Shown here: positions 11,015-21,052 of the stretch, one piece after another | Layout of the letters: every line of letters starts with the position of its first letter | How positions within the stretch are numbered: the stretch's first letter is position 1 | Assembly: GCA_000004985.1 (NCBI GenBank) | Contig: GG738851.1 | DNA: 64,000 nucleotides | Origin: Naegleria gruberi | Taxonomy: Eukaryota | Reading direction: 5' to 3' (one strand) | Translations under genes and position numbers: made by a program | Notes under the pieces: generated by a model | Told to the model about the DNA's origin: nothing | The model's database searches: none | The model's input: the letters and a program-made list of their open reading frames with translations, nothing else

Positions 11015-12076
11015 TTGCTTTGCAAGTATATTGGATTGTACGTTCCCCACGCTGCTTCTGAGATGATACAACATGGCTTTACTCCATGCGCATCGGCTAC
11101 ATCAAGGGATACACCAACAACAATAACCTACTTGTTCAGAGTTTCCAAAGATCAGAGATTAGCCGAACAGATGAAACAAGAGGTTCTCTCTATTGGACAA
11201 CACCCACACTATCAACCATCCTTTAAAAGTTTATCGATGGGAGTGCCACAGACAAGTGTAGAATTAAAATTGAGACATGGTGGTATTGATACAAAACCAC
11301 TCTCATGGGCACAAGATGAATCTATTGAAGCACATAGAGAAGAATTGGATTTTGATCCTGTTGTGTTGGAGTGCACTGAAATTTACTTGGACAATAGAAG
11401 TTTTTATGAACATGGAGCTTCTCGTGAGTGGATGACTTTCTCTGCTGAAATTCTAAAGCCAGCCAGATCATTAAAGCCAAAGACTTATTGTGTTGGTACT
11501 CCTTCTCAAGAAATTTGGGAGAAAACTCTCGAATCCTATTTAAAGGCAATTCGAATGGATGATGAAACTGTTGGAAAGGATATTAATCCTGGTCTATTTG
11601 TGCTACCTGAAAACTTTGTGGAGAATGTTGATTCAACTAGGTTTTTCCTAGAGTTGGATTTACAAGTAGAAAGAGACTGTATTGAAGTTGTTCGTCCATT
11701 ACTTGGTCAACTACAAAAAGATCTCAAAGCATCCTATATGATTATTCTTCCAATCAATATGGATAATGATAAGCCAACTGTTATTGAATTAAGAATCATG
11801 CTCTCATTTTCTCATTCCTCCAATATCGACCCATCTCAACTAAAAGCAATTTCCAACCAATGCAAGAATTTAGATGGAAGATTAATTGTTTTTGGAACTA
11901 GTGAAGAGGAAGATATCAACAAGGCCAATCATTTCGTAGAATTGACCTCTATCACTGATTCAAAACTTTCCATTCTTCACTCCAAACAAGCTGAAAACTC
12001 TATTCTTGCAGGCTATCCTCTTCATCCATTGATTAATACTTTGACTCAGAATGATCAATTACAATATCAAGTGTAA
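11015..12076 (+). CDS. hypothetical protein; possible 5' exon at 10879..11037
   Basis: A 353-aa ORF. The first in-frame ATG (MIQHGF...) is at 11063. The upstream ORF 10879-11061 could be joined by a 25-nt GT..AG segment (11038-11062), but that is too short to be confident. Confidence 0.45.
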   Translation: MLCKYIGLYVPHAASEMIQHGFTPCASATSRDTPTTITYLFRVSKDQRLAEQMKQEVLSIGQHPHYQPSFKSLSMGVPQTSVELKLRHGGIDTKPLSWAQDESIEAHREELDFDPVVLECTEIYLDNRSFYEHGASREWMTFSAEILKPARSLKPKTYCVGTPSQEIWEKTLESYLKAIRMDDETVGKDINPGLFVLPENFVENVDSTRFFLELDLQVERDCIEVVRPLLGQLQKDLKASYMIILPINMDNDKPTVIELRIMLSFSHSSNIDPSQLKAISNQCKNLDGRLIVFGTSEEEDINKANHFVELTSITDSKLSILHSKQAENSILAGYPLHPLINTLTQNDQLQYQV

Positions 12077-12134
12077 TTCAATAAATTAATTTTTCACTAA
12101 GGCGGGAAATTGAAAAAAGTAAACGTTAAAAAAA

Positions 12135-13682
12135 ATGTCCCAATCTTCATCTTCACTCTTTCCCAAGAAGAATTCAACACCTTCTTCGTCCTCTCTGACG
12201 CCTCGATCCTTTAGTAAGCAACAGCAACAACAAAAGGAACCAACAACTCCATCCCGAATACAAAAAGATGGTGGATTCTCCTATCAAACACCAAATAATA
12301 ATGTAAATAATTCAAACAAATCTTTGGATGAGGAAATTGAATACTTTTCATCACCAGAGACTAGTATTGATATGGCTCCTAGTCCGATCAAGAATGATTA
12401 TCGGAAAGATCCAGAATATTCTCCATCATTATTTACCAAATATCCTTCACCAACACCTGTACAAAATTTTGATTTGGATTGTAATAATATTGATAATAAT
12501 CATAATAATAATTTGATGACATCAAAAAGAAAGGAAGAGGAGATTTATGATAATTTATTCGATGATGATGAAGAAAAACCAATTTTAAAATCTAACAGTT
12601 CATCAGCACCATCACTAATTCAATCAAGTACATCATCTTTGAATCGACAAACAGAACAATCATTTATACAAGAAACATTTCCATCAACTCCTAAACGATC
12701 GTCTCCTTTTCCTAAACGGTCAAATGTTGAAAATTTCTCAACACCTAATGCATCCAAGTTGGAGAAGAAATCTTCCTCGAGGAGAAGTCTTGAATCCTTA
12801 ATGGATACATCCACAATGGATTTGGAACAATACGAGCAATTTAATGTAGATAATATTATAATACCAATTCGAGAATCAACATCTAAACAATTATCAAGTT
12901 TGAGGAATGATACAAATGGAAATTTGGAAACTCCAGCTGTAACTAAAGTTGAGAAGAGACATCAGGAATTATTTCATCATTATCTAGAGGAAAAAGGGGA
13001 TTTGAGGAATGCAATGCTATTACTGAATCAATTCCATATGAAACAACACAAAATGAATGTTTTGAATTTTAAACTTAATTCGATCAACTTGGTAGCTAAC
13101 TTTGCCAATGCTGTGAATTCACAAAAACTTCAACTAGAACTCCATAAGAGTAAAAAGGTTGTGGCTAATTTAAATGGAAAAGTGGAATATCTCAATGATA
13201 CTGTAGAGGGTTTAAATCAGGAAGTTGAACAACACAAATCTTCTCTCTCCTCTTTCATGCAAAAATATTACAAAACGGTGGAAGAGCTCCAACAAAATCA
13301 ACTAGTTCAGAGGATGCAACTAGATGATATAATGAAGTTGAAGAGCAGAGAGGGAGTCACTGTAGACCTACTCATCCTTTTTGCAATGAGTTATTTGGTA
13401 CGAAAAAGTAGAATATTCCACAGATTTTTAAAGTTTATTTTCATGTTTCTTCCTTTCAATGGAATAGTCATTATCATTTCGAAAATTCTGGCAACGATTG
13501 GTTTAATGTTGTTATCGAGGAAAGCTGCCATTAAAGTAGGTGTTCATGCTGGGGCAACGAGTGTAGCATATGGACTCATCCAAACTCTACAATTTTCATT
13601 CAATACTGTAAAATCAATTTTCCAATTGTTGAAAATTGTTCCATCCTTAAAACCCCAAAATGATGATGAGAAGAATAAATAG
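12135..13682 (+). CDS. S/N/Q-rich coiled-coil protein with C-terminal transmembrane helices
   Basis: The N-terminus is low-complexity (QQQQQ, NNNVNN). A central coiled coil (LNQEVEQHKSSLSSFMQKYYKTVEELQQ) is followed by hydrophobic C-terminal segments. Confidence 0.5.
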   Translation: MSQSSSSLFPKKNSTPSSSSLTPRSFSKQQQQQKEPTTPSRIQKDGGFSYQTPNNNVNNSNKSLDEEIEYFSSPETSIDMAPSPIKNDYRKDPEYSPSLFTKYPSPTPVQNFDLDCNNIDNNHNNNLMTSKRKEEEIYDNLFDDDEEKPILKSNSSSAPSLIQSSTSSLNRQTEQSFIQETFPSTPKRSSPFPKRSNVENFSTPNASKLEKKSSSRRSLESLMDTSTMDLEQYEQFNVDNIIIPIRESTSKQLSSLRNDTNGNLETPAVTKVEKRHQELFHHYLEEKGDLRNAMLLLNQFHMKQHKMNVLNFKLNSINLVANFANAVNSQKLQLELHKSKKVVANLNGKVEYLNDTVEGLNQEVEQHKSSLSSFMQKYYKTVEELQQNQLVQRMQLDDIMKLKSREGVTVDLLILFAMSYLVRKSRIFHRFLKFIFMFLPFNGIVIIISKILATIGLMLLSRKAAIKVGVHAGATSVAYGLIQTLQFSFNTVKSIFQLLKIVPSLKPQNDDEKNK

Positions 13683-13686
13683 TTTA

Positions 13687-14607
13687 TTATTTCTTTGAAA
13701 TGTCGAGCATGAATTTGAAAATCGCAATTGGTGGAATATATTGGGTGACACCCAAAATTTCAAATCCAAGTTTCTGGTACAGTCTTCTAGCACCATATTG
13801 AAGTGAGCTAGTCTTGAGAATGATTCTATTCATTTGTAATTCTTGAGCATACTTGAAGACATATCTCAATAGAACAGTAGCCACACCTCCACCACGATAT
13901 GAGCTCTTTACACTCATTCTTCTAATTTCAATCATTTTCAATGGATTGATTTGATACTTTTCATATTCTTCAATGAATTCAGCATCTTCAACCTTATCAC
14001 CTGGATAAATCCACTTATCGAGAGCAACATGACCAACAATTTCATCACCATCCATAGCCAAAAAGAAATTATTCTCTGGTTTGCTCTTATTATTTGCATA
14101 ATAATTATTGATATCTCCCAACTCGTTTGATTTTCTATTCTTCATAATGTACTTTCCCATATCCTTAGCAATAATTGGCAATAGCACAAATTTAAAAACA
14201 GCATACAACATTCCACTCAATAACACCAAAAATCCAACATAAACCATCAGTTTCAATCTTGTCACTTCCACAACTTCAACACCCAACAATTTTCCAATCA
14301 AAAACCACGAAATATAAAACGTAGACCAAATGAAAAATTGCAACTTGTATCCATAATATTCCTGAAACAAGGCCACCAATGAAGTACTTCCATTTCCTTG
14401 ATCCACACCAAACAATAGACCAACAATCTTTCCATAATCATTGAACAAATCTTTCGGAACACCATCCATCATTCCGTTCGTAAAAATGTCGTGTACTTGA
14501 TTTTGTATTTCCGAACGTATCTTTTCCTCATCACCACCATCATGATTGAGCCTTCGCTGGACCAACTCATTGAACGATAAAACTTCGAGTTTGTTGTTTT
14601 GTTTCAT
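13687..14607 (-). CDS. GNAT N-acetyltransferase with an N-terminal membrane region (NAT8/camello-like)
   Basis: TM helices lie at about residues 60-150. C-terminal GNAT motif A: IRRMSVKSSYRGGGVATVLLRYVFKYAQE...GARRLYQKLGFE. Confidence 0.7.
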   Translation of the reverse strand: MKQNNKLEVLSFNELVQRRLNHDGGDEEKIRSEIQNQVHDIFTNGMMDGVPKDLFNDYGKIVGLLFGVDQGNGSTSLVALFQEYYGYKLQFFIWSTFYISWFLIGKLLGVEVVEVTRLKLMVYVGFLVLLSGMLYAVFKFVLLPIIAKDMGKYIMKNRKSNELGDINNYYANNKSKPENNFFLAMDGDEIVGHVALDKWIYPGDKVEDAEFIEEYEKYQINPLKMIEIRRMSVKSSYRGGGVATVLLRYVFKYAQELQMNRIILKTSSLQYGARRLYQKLGFEILGVTQYIPPIAIFKFMLDISKK

Positions 14608-14753
14608 TTTTTTGTGTTACTTTTAAAAACTTTGTCATCTTTACAAGCAAACCAACAAACTTGAGGTTTTATCGTTGAAAATATCAGACAGATATATCTA
14701 TTGAATAACATTGAATTTCCATAGTTGAAATTTTCACACGAATTGGTAAAAGG

Positions 14754-14758
14754 AAAAA
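14754..14758 (-). terminator. Pol III T-run terminator after 5S copy A
   Basis: The plus strand shows AAAAAG immediately 3' of the gene on the minus strand. Confidence 0.5.
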
Positions 14759-14877
14759 GACTACAGCACCACAGGTTCCCAAGTTGTCTCCAACCTCAGT
14801 ACTGATGTGGCTCGACGATGCTTAACTTCTCAAATCGGACGGGATGAGGTGCATTCATCGTGATATGGCCGTAGCCA
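14759..14877 (-). rRNA. 5S rRNA gene, copy A
   Basis: The reverse complement reads GGCTACGGCCATATCAC...CCCGTCCGATTTGAGAAGTTAAGC...AGTACTGAGGTTGGAGAC...GGGAACCTGTGGTGCTGTAGTC. Helix I/V motifs and a box-C-like GAAGTTAAGC are present, and TTTTT follows. It is identical to copy B. Confidence 0.9.
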
Positions 14878-15176
14878 TTCATGGTATGAAATCATTCCTT
14901 ATTAATTGAAATACTTTCTTTATGTGTGAAATATACATATGTTTTTCTTTTCAAGACCGGACTTGAAAATTAGGTAATGAGCCTTGAATATCCAATTTAT
15001 GAATCAGACCGTGTATACCTCCTATTGAACATGTTGAATCGAAACGTTGTATGTAGGAAAGTAATTAAGCTAATTTATAGAGCTAAAAGAAATTCCAATC
15101 CGATCATACTTTTTTCCGAAACCACTATCCCAAATCATATTAGAGTTGAAGAACCTTTCAGAGCTTTGTCAAAGGG

Positions 15177-17248
15177 TTAATATTTTTTCTCATTGGAATG
15201 GAGTATGGCATTGGTACTGCCATTAGATTGCATCTTTGAGTTTGGAATAAATCTTCCTTCTCTAGTTTTTAAACTATTTGGAAGCATCATGAATAATTCT
15301 CTTTTTTCCTTGATACCCTGAAGTGAATGATATCCATAGGAATTAAGAAAGAGTTTTCCACATTCTTCCTCGATATTTGAATTATTTTCCAACATGTCAT
15401 ATAGTTCCTTACTAATAAACGTGGATCCTCCCAATGCAATATCTGCTATTCTCGCAGCTAAATTCACTCCAGGTCCAAAGTAATCTGTTCTTTTTGTAGT
15501 TGGATCAAGTTGTGCAGAGTATTCACCTTCACTCAAGAAATGTAATCCCATTCTAACTCTAAAACCATTGAATATTATTTGACCATCGTCGTCCACTGTT
15601 TCTACATTTGTTGGGAATGATAATAGTGATGGAGGCCAATCTTCTTTCATCATACGTGTATGTATCAAATTTACACATTTGACAGCATCTACAACTGATC
15701 CAAAAGCAACCATAAAGGAATCACCTTCTGTTTTAACTTCATATCCATTAAATGCTGTAAGAAGCGACCTCACAATTTCATGATGCCTCTTTATACAATG
15801 ATCCATATCCTCTTTTGGGACATGCTCCCATATTTTGGTTGAGTTTTGAATGTCTGAAAACATTATCAAAATGGGTTTACCAGAAGGTCCTTCTTCAATA
15901 TAACTCATAATCTTGTGCAATTCCCTGTGTTTTCTCACGTAATAACATCTCACACCACCAACCAATGCCAACGTAAAACACAAAGACAATGCAACAGAAC
16001 CCACAGCAATCATTGCATATCCAAACTGTTCCAAATGTGGTAAAGAACTCAGAGTGAGTGTCCCACAGGATATCTGGTTAACAATGCTGTTAACCAAGTG
16101 CTCCTTATATGAGTTTGGAATGGGGGCAAAATAATTAGTCTCAAATATCAGGTCAGATGTTGATGGAGTTGAAATTGTATAAATCCATGATAGAAAGTTG
16201 AATATGAATTTCTTCTTATCGCAACTTGAAAGGGTTTTTCTAAAAAGAAAATAGCTCACACCTGCACAAGGATAGCTTTCTGCGTCTCCATCAACAATTT
16301 CCACAAAATAATTGTCAACAGTTAGAAAATTCTGAGCAGCAGCTTTGAATGAGCTAATGCTTGGAGCTACAGGATTTCCTGCCTTATTAAGTATTTTCGC
16401 AACTGGAATTGACATGAAAGCTGCATCAGCAGGGCTGCCATATCCAATAGAATACTCCAATTTAATAACACTTTCAGTTACAGCAAGACTTGTTAAAACT
16501 GAAACAAAATTGGTACTTGTTATATTCGGAAACATTGTAACTTTACCATATTTCCATAAGGTAGGACTGAAATGTGACAGAGAAGAAGTAAATATACTTG
16601 TAGAACCTGAAGATGTAGATCTTACTATAGGCTGAATAGGATGATTTGGTAATGTTTCACTATTGGTCTGCTGTATTCTGTTGTCATTCCAATACTGAAT
16701 TTCACCAGAGAATATACCAGCAACAGCACTTCTACTCAATATAAGTTGTGACTTAAAGTTGGGAATATTGTACAACAAAGCTACCCCAGAAATAAAGAGA
16801 GGAACCATTTCCAAGTTTTGATCTTCTAGTTCGGTTTTTGTTAAAGAGGTTTCAGAAACTGCAAAATCATAATCTCCTTGTTTTAGTTTGTTAAGCCCTT
16901 CACCAGATCCTAACAGAGTTAACAATCAATAGTTCAAACAAACTTACCCACACTGTCATATAATATTGAGTAAATGGGACTATCTTGAATACTATTGAAT
17001 AACGAAAGCAAAGAATTCATTACTTGCTTTGCGAGAGAACTTCCTCCTCCTCCGACTATTAAACTTGGGATATCATCATTATGATTTTCATTATTTACAG
17101 TAGTGTACAATAGTGATAGTGTTGGGGTTTTGGAACATAAATATACAAATAATAGGGGAATGAGTATAGTGGTCATCAATAGTGCAAGAGTAATAAGTAT
17201 TATTGGTCTCAGTGTGTGAGAATCAGATTCTTTGTGAAATCCTAGCAT
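15177..17248 (-). CDS. receptor-type class III adenylyl/guanylyl cyclase with a PstS-like phosphate-binding (PBP) ectodomain; complement(join(15177..16909,16948..17248))
   Basis: Signal-anchor TM, then an ectodomain with LLGSGEGLNKLKQGDYDFAVSETS (periplasmic phosphate-binding protein signature). A TM follows. The cyclase catalytic core reads FSDIQNSTKIW...VKTEGDSFMVAFG...FRVRMGLH...GPGVNLAARI. A 38-nt phase-1 intron (GTAAGT...GTTAG) on the minus strand joins the two ORFs. Confidence 0.8.
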
Positions 17249-17441
17249 TGATTAAGGTTTGTTTTTTCTAACGTTGTTGATTCATGGTTTATGAAAGGAG
17301 TAACCACATTAAAATCACTGTGTTATTAGAGATAAATTCTCTTTTTTTGTGTTGCTGCTACTGTTTTTGAAACAATCATTTAAGTGATGCATATTTTGAG
17401 CGAGATACCTCTGTAATAATATGCGAGAAGCTTCTTCACTA

Positions 17442-19877
17442 CTACTTTTTGCTTCTTACCTTTTGTAAATAGTTCATTCTCACATTCCTTGTTGCTAAAT
17501 TGTATAGTAAAACTTCATTATAAGAATGAGAAATTGATTTGATATACTCAAAGTCGTTCTTGAGCTCCTCTGCAGCATATGCAAAACTCTCTGGCTGTAG
17601 TCTCACTGCCAAAGCAACAAGATCTCTATTGCTTTTCAAAGTAGCAGATGCATACTGGAGATTGGTTGGATCGCAACGTATTGCTTGTGCCATTAAATTC
17701 GAATCATTCCTTAATCCTTCTGATGCATATTTAATAAGCTTTGTAAACTGACTACTGTAATAAATTTCAAATATCTTCTTAAAGAAATCTATATTGTTGG
17801 AATATTTCAAAATATGTACTAAGATCTTGTCTTCACATGACAAATATTTTGGTAACAGGGAGCAGAGATTATCTGTTGTGACCATCAGATTCGGTACAAA
17901 CTCTAAGATGGGAACCTTATGTGCAATCAATGTAGAAGCACAATAATACCTCAAATATTCTGAAAGAATACCAAATAATGGCACAGGAATTGCTTTTGAA
18001 ATAAAAAGGTCGCTAACAATAGGTGCATGGTCTTCCCCTAAATAATAAAGAATAGAAGGAGCTAAATCCTTTGGGAATGAATGGCAGACAAAACTGTAAG
18101 CATGTTCATAGAGAGTGGGATCTAACAGAATTATTGCAGCCGCAACAATGTATTCATATTCAGAAACTGCTCTTTTGAATAGTTTTAGAAAGTCCCATGC
18201 ATCGTTGGTTAATTTACTTGCCTCCTTCAGAACAAAGTCTTCATTGAAGAGTAAAACTGGACTTGCAAAGTAGAGTAGCAGAAACTTCTCATTCTCATAA
18301 TTATTGGAACACATTCTGTATAGGTCAATCAGGGAGGTTTCGTTATCTTTTGCAAGGATGTGAACTATAATATTAGACCGTAATTGCTTTGCAGAAACCT
18401 TATTAGTGATTGCTGTTTCAATGGCCAAACGAATAATTTCAATATTTCCTCTCAGGTTTGAAGATAAATGTGAAAACAGAAGTGGATTCTTTTCAATACA
18501 CAAGCTCATGAAATCAAAATCATTTCGTAATTCTTCAGAGCCGTATTGTAATATTGATTCATTGTAAGAAAATATTTTCCAAACAAAATCTCTACTATTC
18601 TTCAATTCTTCAGATACATACTGGAACATACCAATATCCAATTTGATAAAATTTTCTGAAAGATTAGCATTATTCCTAATACAATATGGAGCATTCTTAA
18701 AAACAGTCATATTTTCCAAATCACCAGTCAGTGAATAATATTTTGGATTTTGTTTGATATTGTCTTCCAAGTATAAAATTATGCGTGGGTAGAGGGTTAT
18801 TAACATTGAGGTTGTCTCATCACTCGATCTGATTCTATTTGATGCATACCTGATATTCTTAATATCATGAGAGACTGCAATCTTTACCAACTCAAAGTCA
18901 TCTCTAATCTCATCAGAACACAATTCCAATAGAGAAGGATCTCGTTCCAATACAATGCGCATTAAATTGTTGTCATTGTAAATATTTGTTGGAAGGAGAG
19001 TTGAAGGCAACATTCGTTTTTGAATTGCAATTGACCAAAATTCCTCACCTTGGCTCTTATAATAAGTTTCGAAAATCCACCTACTTCCTTGAGTGTCAGC
19101 AACATTTATGCTAAAATCTAAGGTGTTACGAACTAGTGGTGAAACATCCCATAACCGATTGGGACTTGTATTCAGAGCAATTAATGCTATTTCTTGGTCA
19201 AGCTTGAACTTGTTGTCTAAATAGGCCAAAATGGCCCCATGATAACTGACAGCCTGCTTGACTAATTCTCTATTACTTTTAAATTGGGTAGCTGTAAAAA
19301 TCAATTCCTTATCTTCCCTCAATTTTTCATCAGTACAATATTTGAGAACTCTTTTTGGATACCTGAATAATTGAACTAAACCATCATGAATACAGTCTGA
19401 ATGAGAAAGCTTTTTCCACACTTTGTGAATATCATTTCCACAATCACCTATATCCAATGCAATTTCTATTAACTCTCTATCAGATCTCAATAATTCAGAA
19501 GCATATCTAAAGAATACTTGCTTCTCTCTTATTAGCTCCTTCATCAATTCCCTATCATTTTTCATTGTATCAGAGGCAAATATTTCAAAAAAGTACCATC
19601 TCAACTTTGCTAATCTCTTCACAAACGTGTAATCTTCCAAATATTGTGGAGGGATAGGATTTTTTCTTACAAATCTTCTCATTGATCTATCAGACCATTT
19701 TTTTTTCTCTAATTTCTTCAATTTATCTAGATAATCTAATTTTCCAATATTTTGTTTAATACTATCATGCCTAAATTCTTTAAATTTTTGAAAAATAGAA
19801 TTATTGGAGTAAAAATCGGAATCTAGTTGTGAATTATTGGGCAGATAATCTAGGACGAGGACATGTTGTTTCTCCAT
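17442..19877 (-). CDS. DUF4116-repeat protein (paralog 1)
   Basis: Repeated about 30-aa units: NDRELMKELIREKQVFFRYASELLRSDRELIEIAL and LQYGSEELRNDFDFMSLCIEKNPLLFSHLSSNLRGNIEIIRLAIE. Confidence 0.6.
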   Translation of the reverse strand: MEKQHVLVLDYLPNNSQLDSDFYSNNSIFQKFKEFRHDSIKQNIGKLDYLDKLKKLEKKKWSDRSMRRFVRKNPIPPQYLEDYTFVKRLAKLRWYFFEIFASDTMKNDRELMKELIREKQVFFRYASELLRSDRELIEIALDIGDCGNDIHKVWKKLSHSDCIHDGLVQLFRYPKRVLKYCTDEKLREDKELIFTATQFKSNRELVKQAVSYHGAILAYLDNKFKLDQEIALIALNTSPNRLWDVSPLVRNTLDFSINVADTQGSRWIFETYYKSQGEEFWSIAIQKRMLPSTLLPTNIYNDNNLMRIVLERDPSLLELCSDEIRDDFELVKIAVSHDIKNIRYASNRIRSSDETTSMLITLYPRIILYLEDNIKQNPKYYSLTGDLENMTVFKNAPYCIRNNANLSENFIKLDIGMFQYVSEELKNSRDFVWKIFSYNESILQYGSEELRNDFDFMSLCIEKNPLLFSHLSSNLRGNIEIIRLAIETAITNKVSAKQLRSNIIVHILAKDNETSLIDLYRMCSNNYENEKFLLLYFASPVLLFNEDFVLKEASKLTNDAWDFLKLFKRAVSEYEYIVAAAIILLDPTLYEHAYSFVCHSFPKDLAPSILYYLGEDHAPIVSDLFISKAIPVPLFGILSEYLRYYCASTLIAHKVPILEFVPNLMVTTDNLCSLLPKYLSCEDKILVHILKYSNNIDFFKKIFEIYYSSQFTKLIKYASEGLRNDSNLMAQAIRCDPTNLQYASATLKSNRDLVALAVRLQPESFAYAAEELKNDFEYIKSISHSYNEVLLYNLATRNVRMNYLQKVRSKK

Positions 19878-20012
19878 TTTTTTTAATTTTCACTTTTGAA
19901 AATGCACAATTTTCTAATACCATTTTTGAGCATTATTTTCGCGCCAAATGTAATTGACCATTACATAATGTCTATACCTGTCATCAATGTCTATTGACAA
20001 ACAAGAATAAAA

Positions 20013-20549
20013 ATGAGAAAAAGAGGTGGTACAAGTGCTAGTGGAATTGCTCCAGGAACATCCCATCAATTTGGAGAATTTACTGTCACAATGCTTTCTC
20101 AAACAGTAACTCATCCTTTGCAAAGTAATATTGCTGATTATTTCAATAGAACTAGTGGTGGAAATTCATGTTGTAGATCTTGTGGCGAATTATCCAAACC
20201 TAACCTATTCCTGTTTGGAGAAAATATCTATTGTGCAAGATGTTCCAATGAAATGAAACGATTCTACATGGAAAGTTACAAGCAGAAAGAAGATATGAGA
20301 GAAAAAGCTTTGGCATGTCAAAGAGAATTGGACAAACCTCAATCGGCATTTGCTAGGACCATAGTAATCCGTTCACCTGTTTCTTCACCACAAGCTAGTG
20401 AAACCTCAACAGTGAGAACAAGAGCCAGAGGATTTTCCTCAGTCCTGGCAATATCCCCTCATTCTCGATTGACCACTGCTCTACCAAGTAGTGCAGGAAG
20501 TGGTGGAGCTGAATTTTCATCACCTCTATGCTCTCCAGTTCTAAAATAA
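20013..20549 (+). CDS. hypothetical protein with a Cys4 zinc-ribbon-like motif
   Basis: CCRSCGEL...(17 aa)...CARCSNEM. The C-terminal part is S/T/P-rich. Confidence 0.4.
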   Translation: MRKRGGTSASGIAPGTSHQFGEFTVTMLSQTVTHPLQSNIADYFNRTSGGNSCCRSCGELSKPNLFLFGENIYCARCSNEMKRFYMESYKQKEDMREKALACQRELDKPQSAFARTIVIRSPVSSPQASETSTVRTRARGFSSVLAISPHSRLTTALPSSAGSGGAEFSSPLCSPVLK

Positions 20550-21052
20550 TTTCCTTTTCCTCCTCTTTTCTATTTCAAACAATTCTATTGTTCTTATTGG
20601 CTTTACCCGATATTCATTCTTTTGCCTTTTCAATCTCCTAGATATATTGTACCATATCATTCTCCCCTAATATAATCATTTAATAAAACCTCTCAAAACC
20701 TGTAGATTTAATCTTTTTCCGTGATGATGGCATGAAGCCTTGAAAGAGAAATTGAAGTATTTTTGTTTTGCTTGATTTTCTTCGCGCCAGTGGAATTTCC
20801 ATTCAAAAAATAATCATCAAAGCCTGTTGTTATTTTTCATCATCACAAAAACCAATTCTCTACAACATTTCAAGTTGAGGTTGGCCAATTGTACAAGCAT
20901 CTATTTCTGAGGAAGATTTAGATACGTGGCTGAAAAGATTTGTTGTTCTTGTTGATTTATGAAAATAATTATTTCGGAATCTTTTTGAATAGAAATAATA
21001 ATATTATAATACGAGAGTGATAGTAAATATTTGATAATAATTAAATTACAAT

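Noticed and set aside
14977-15180. ORF 14977-15180 (67 aa) next to the 5S gene
   Set aside because: It is short, has no motif, and lies in the spacer between the 5S copy and the cyclase gene. It is probably non-coding.
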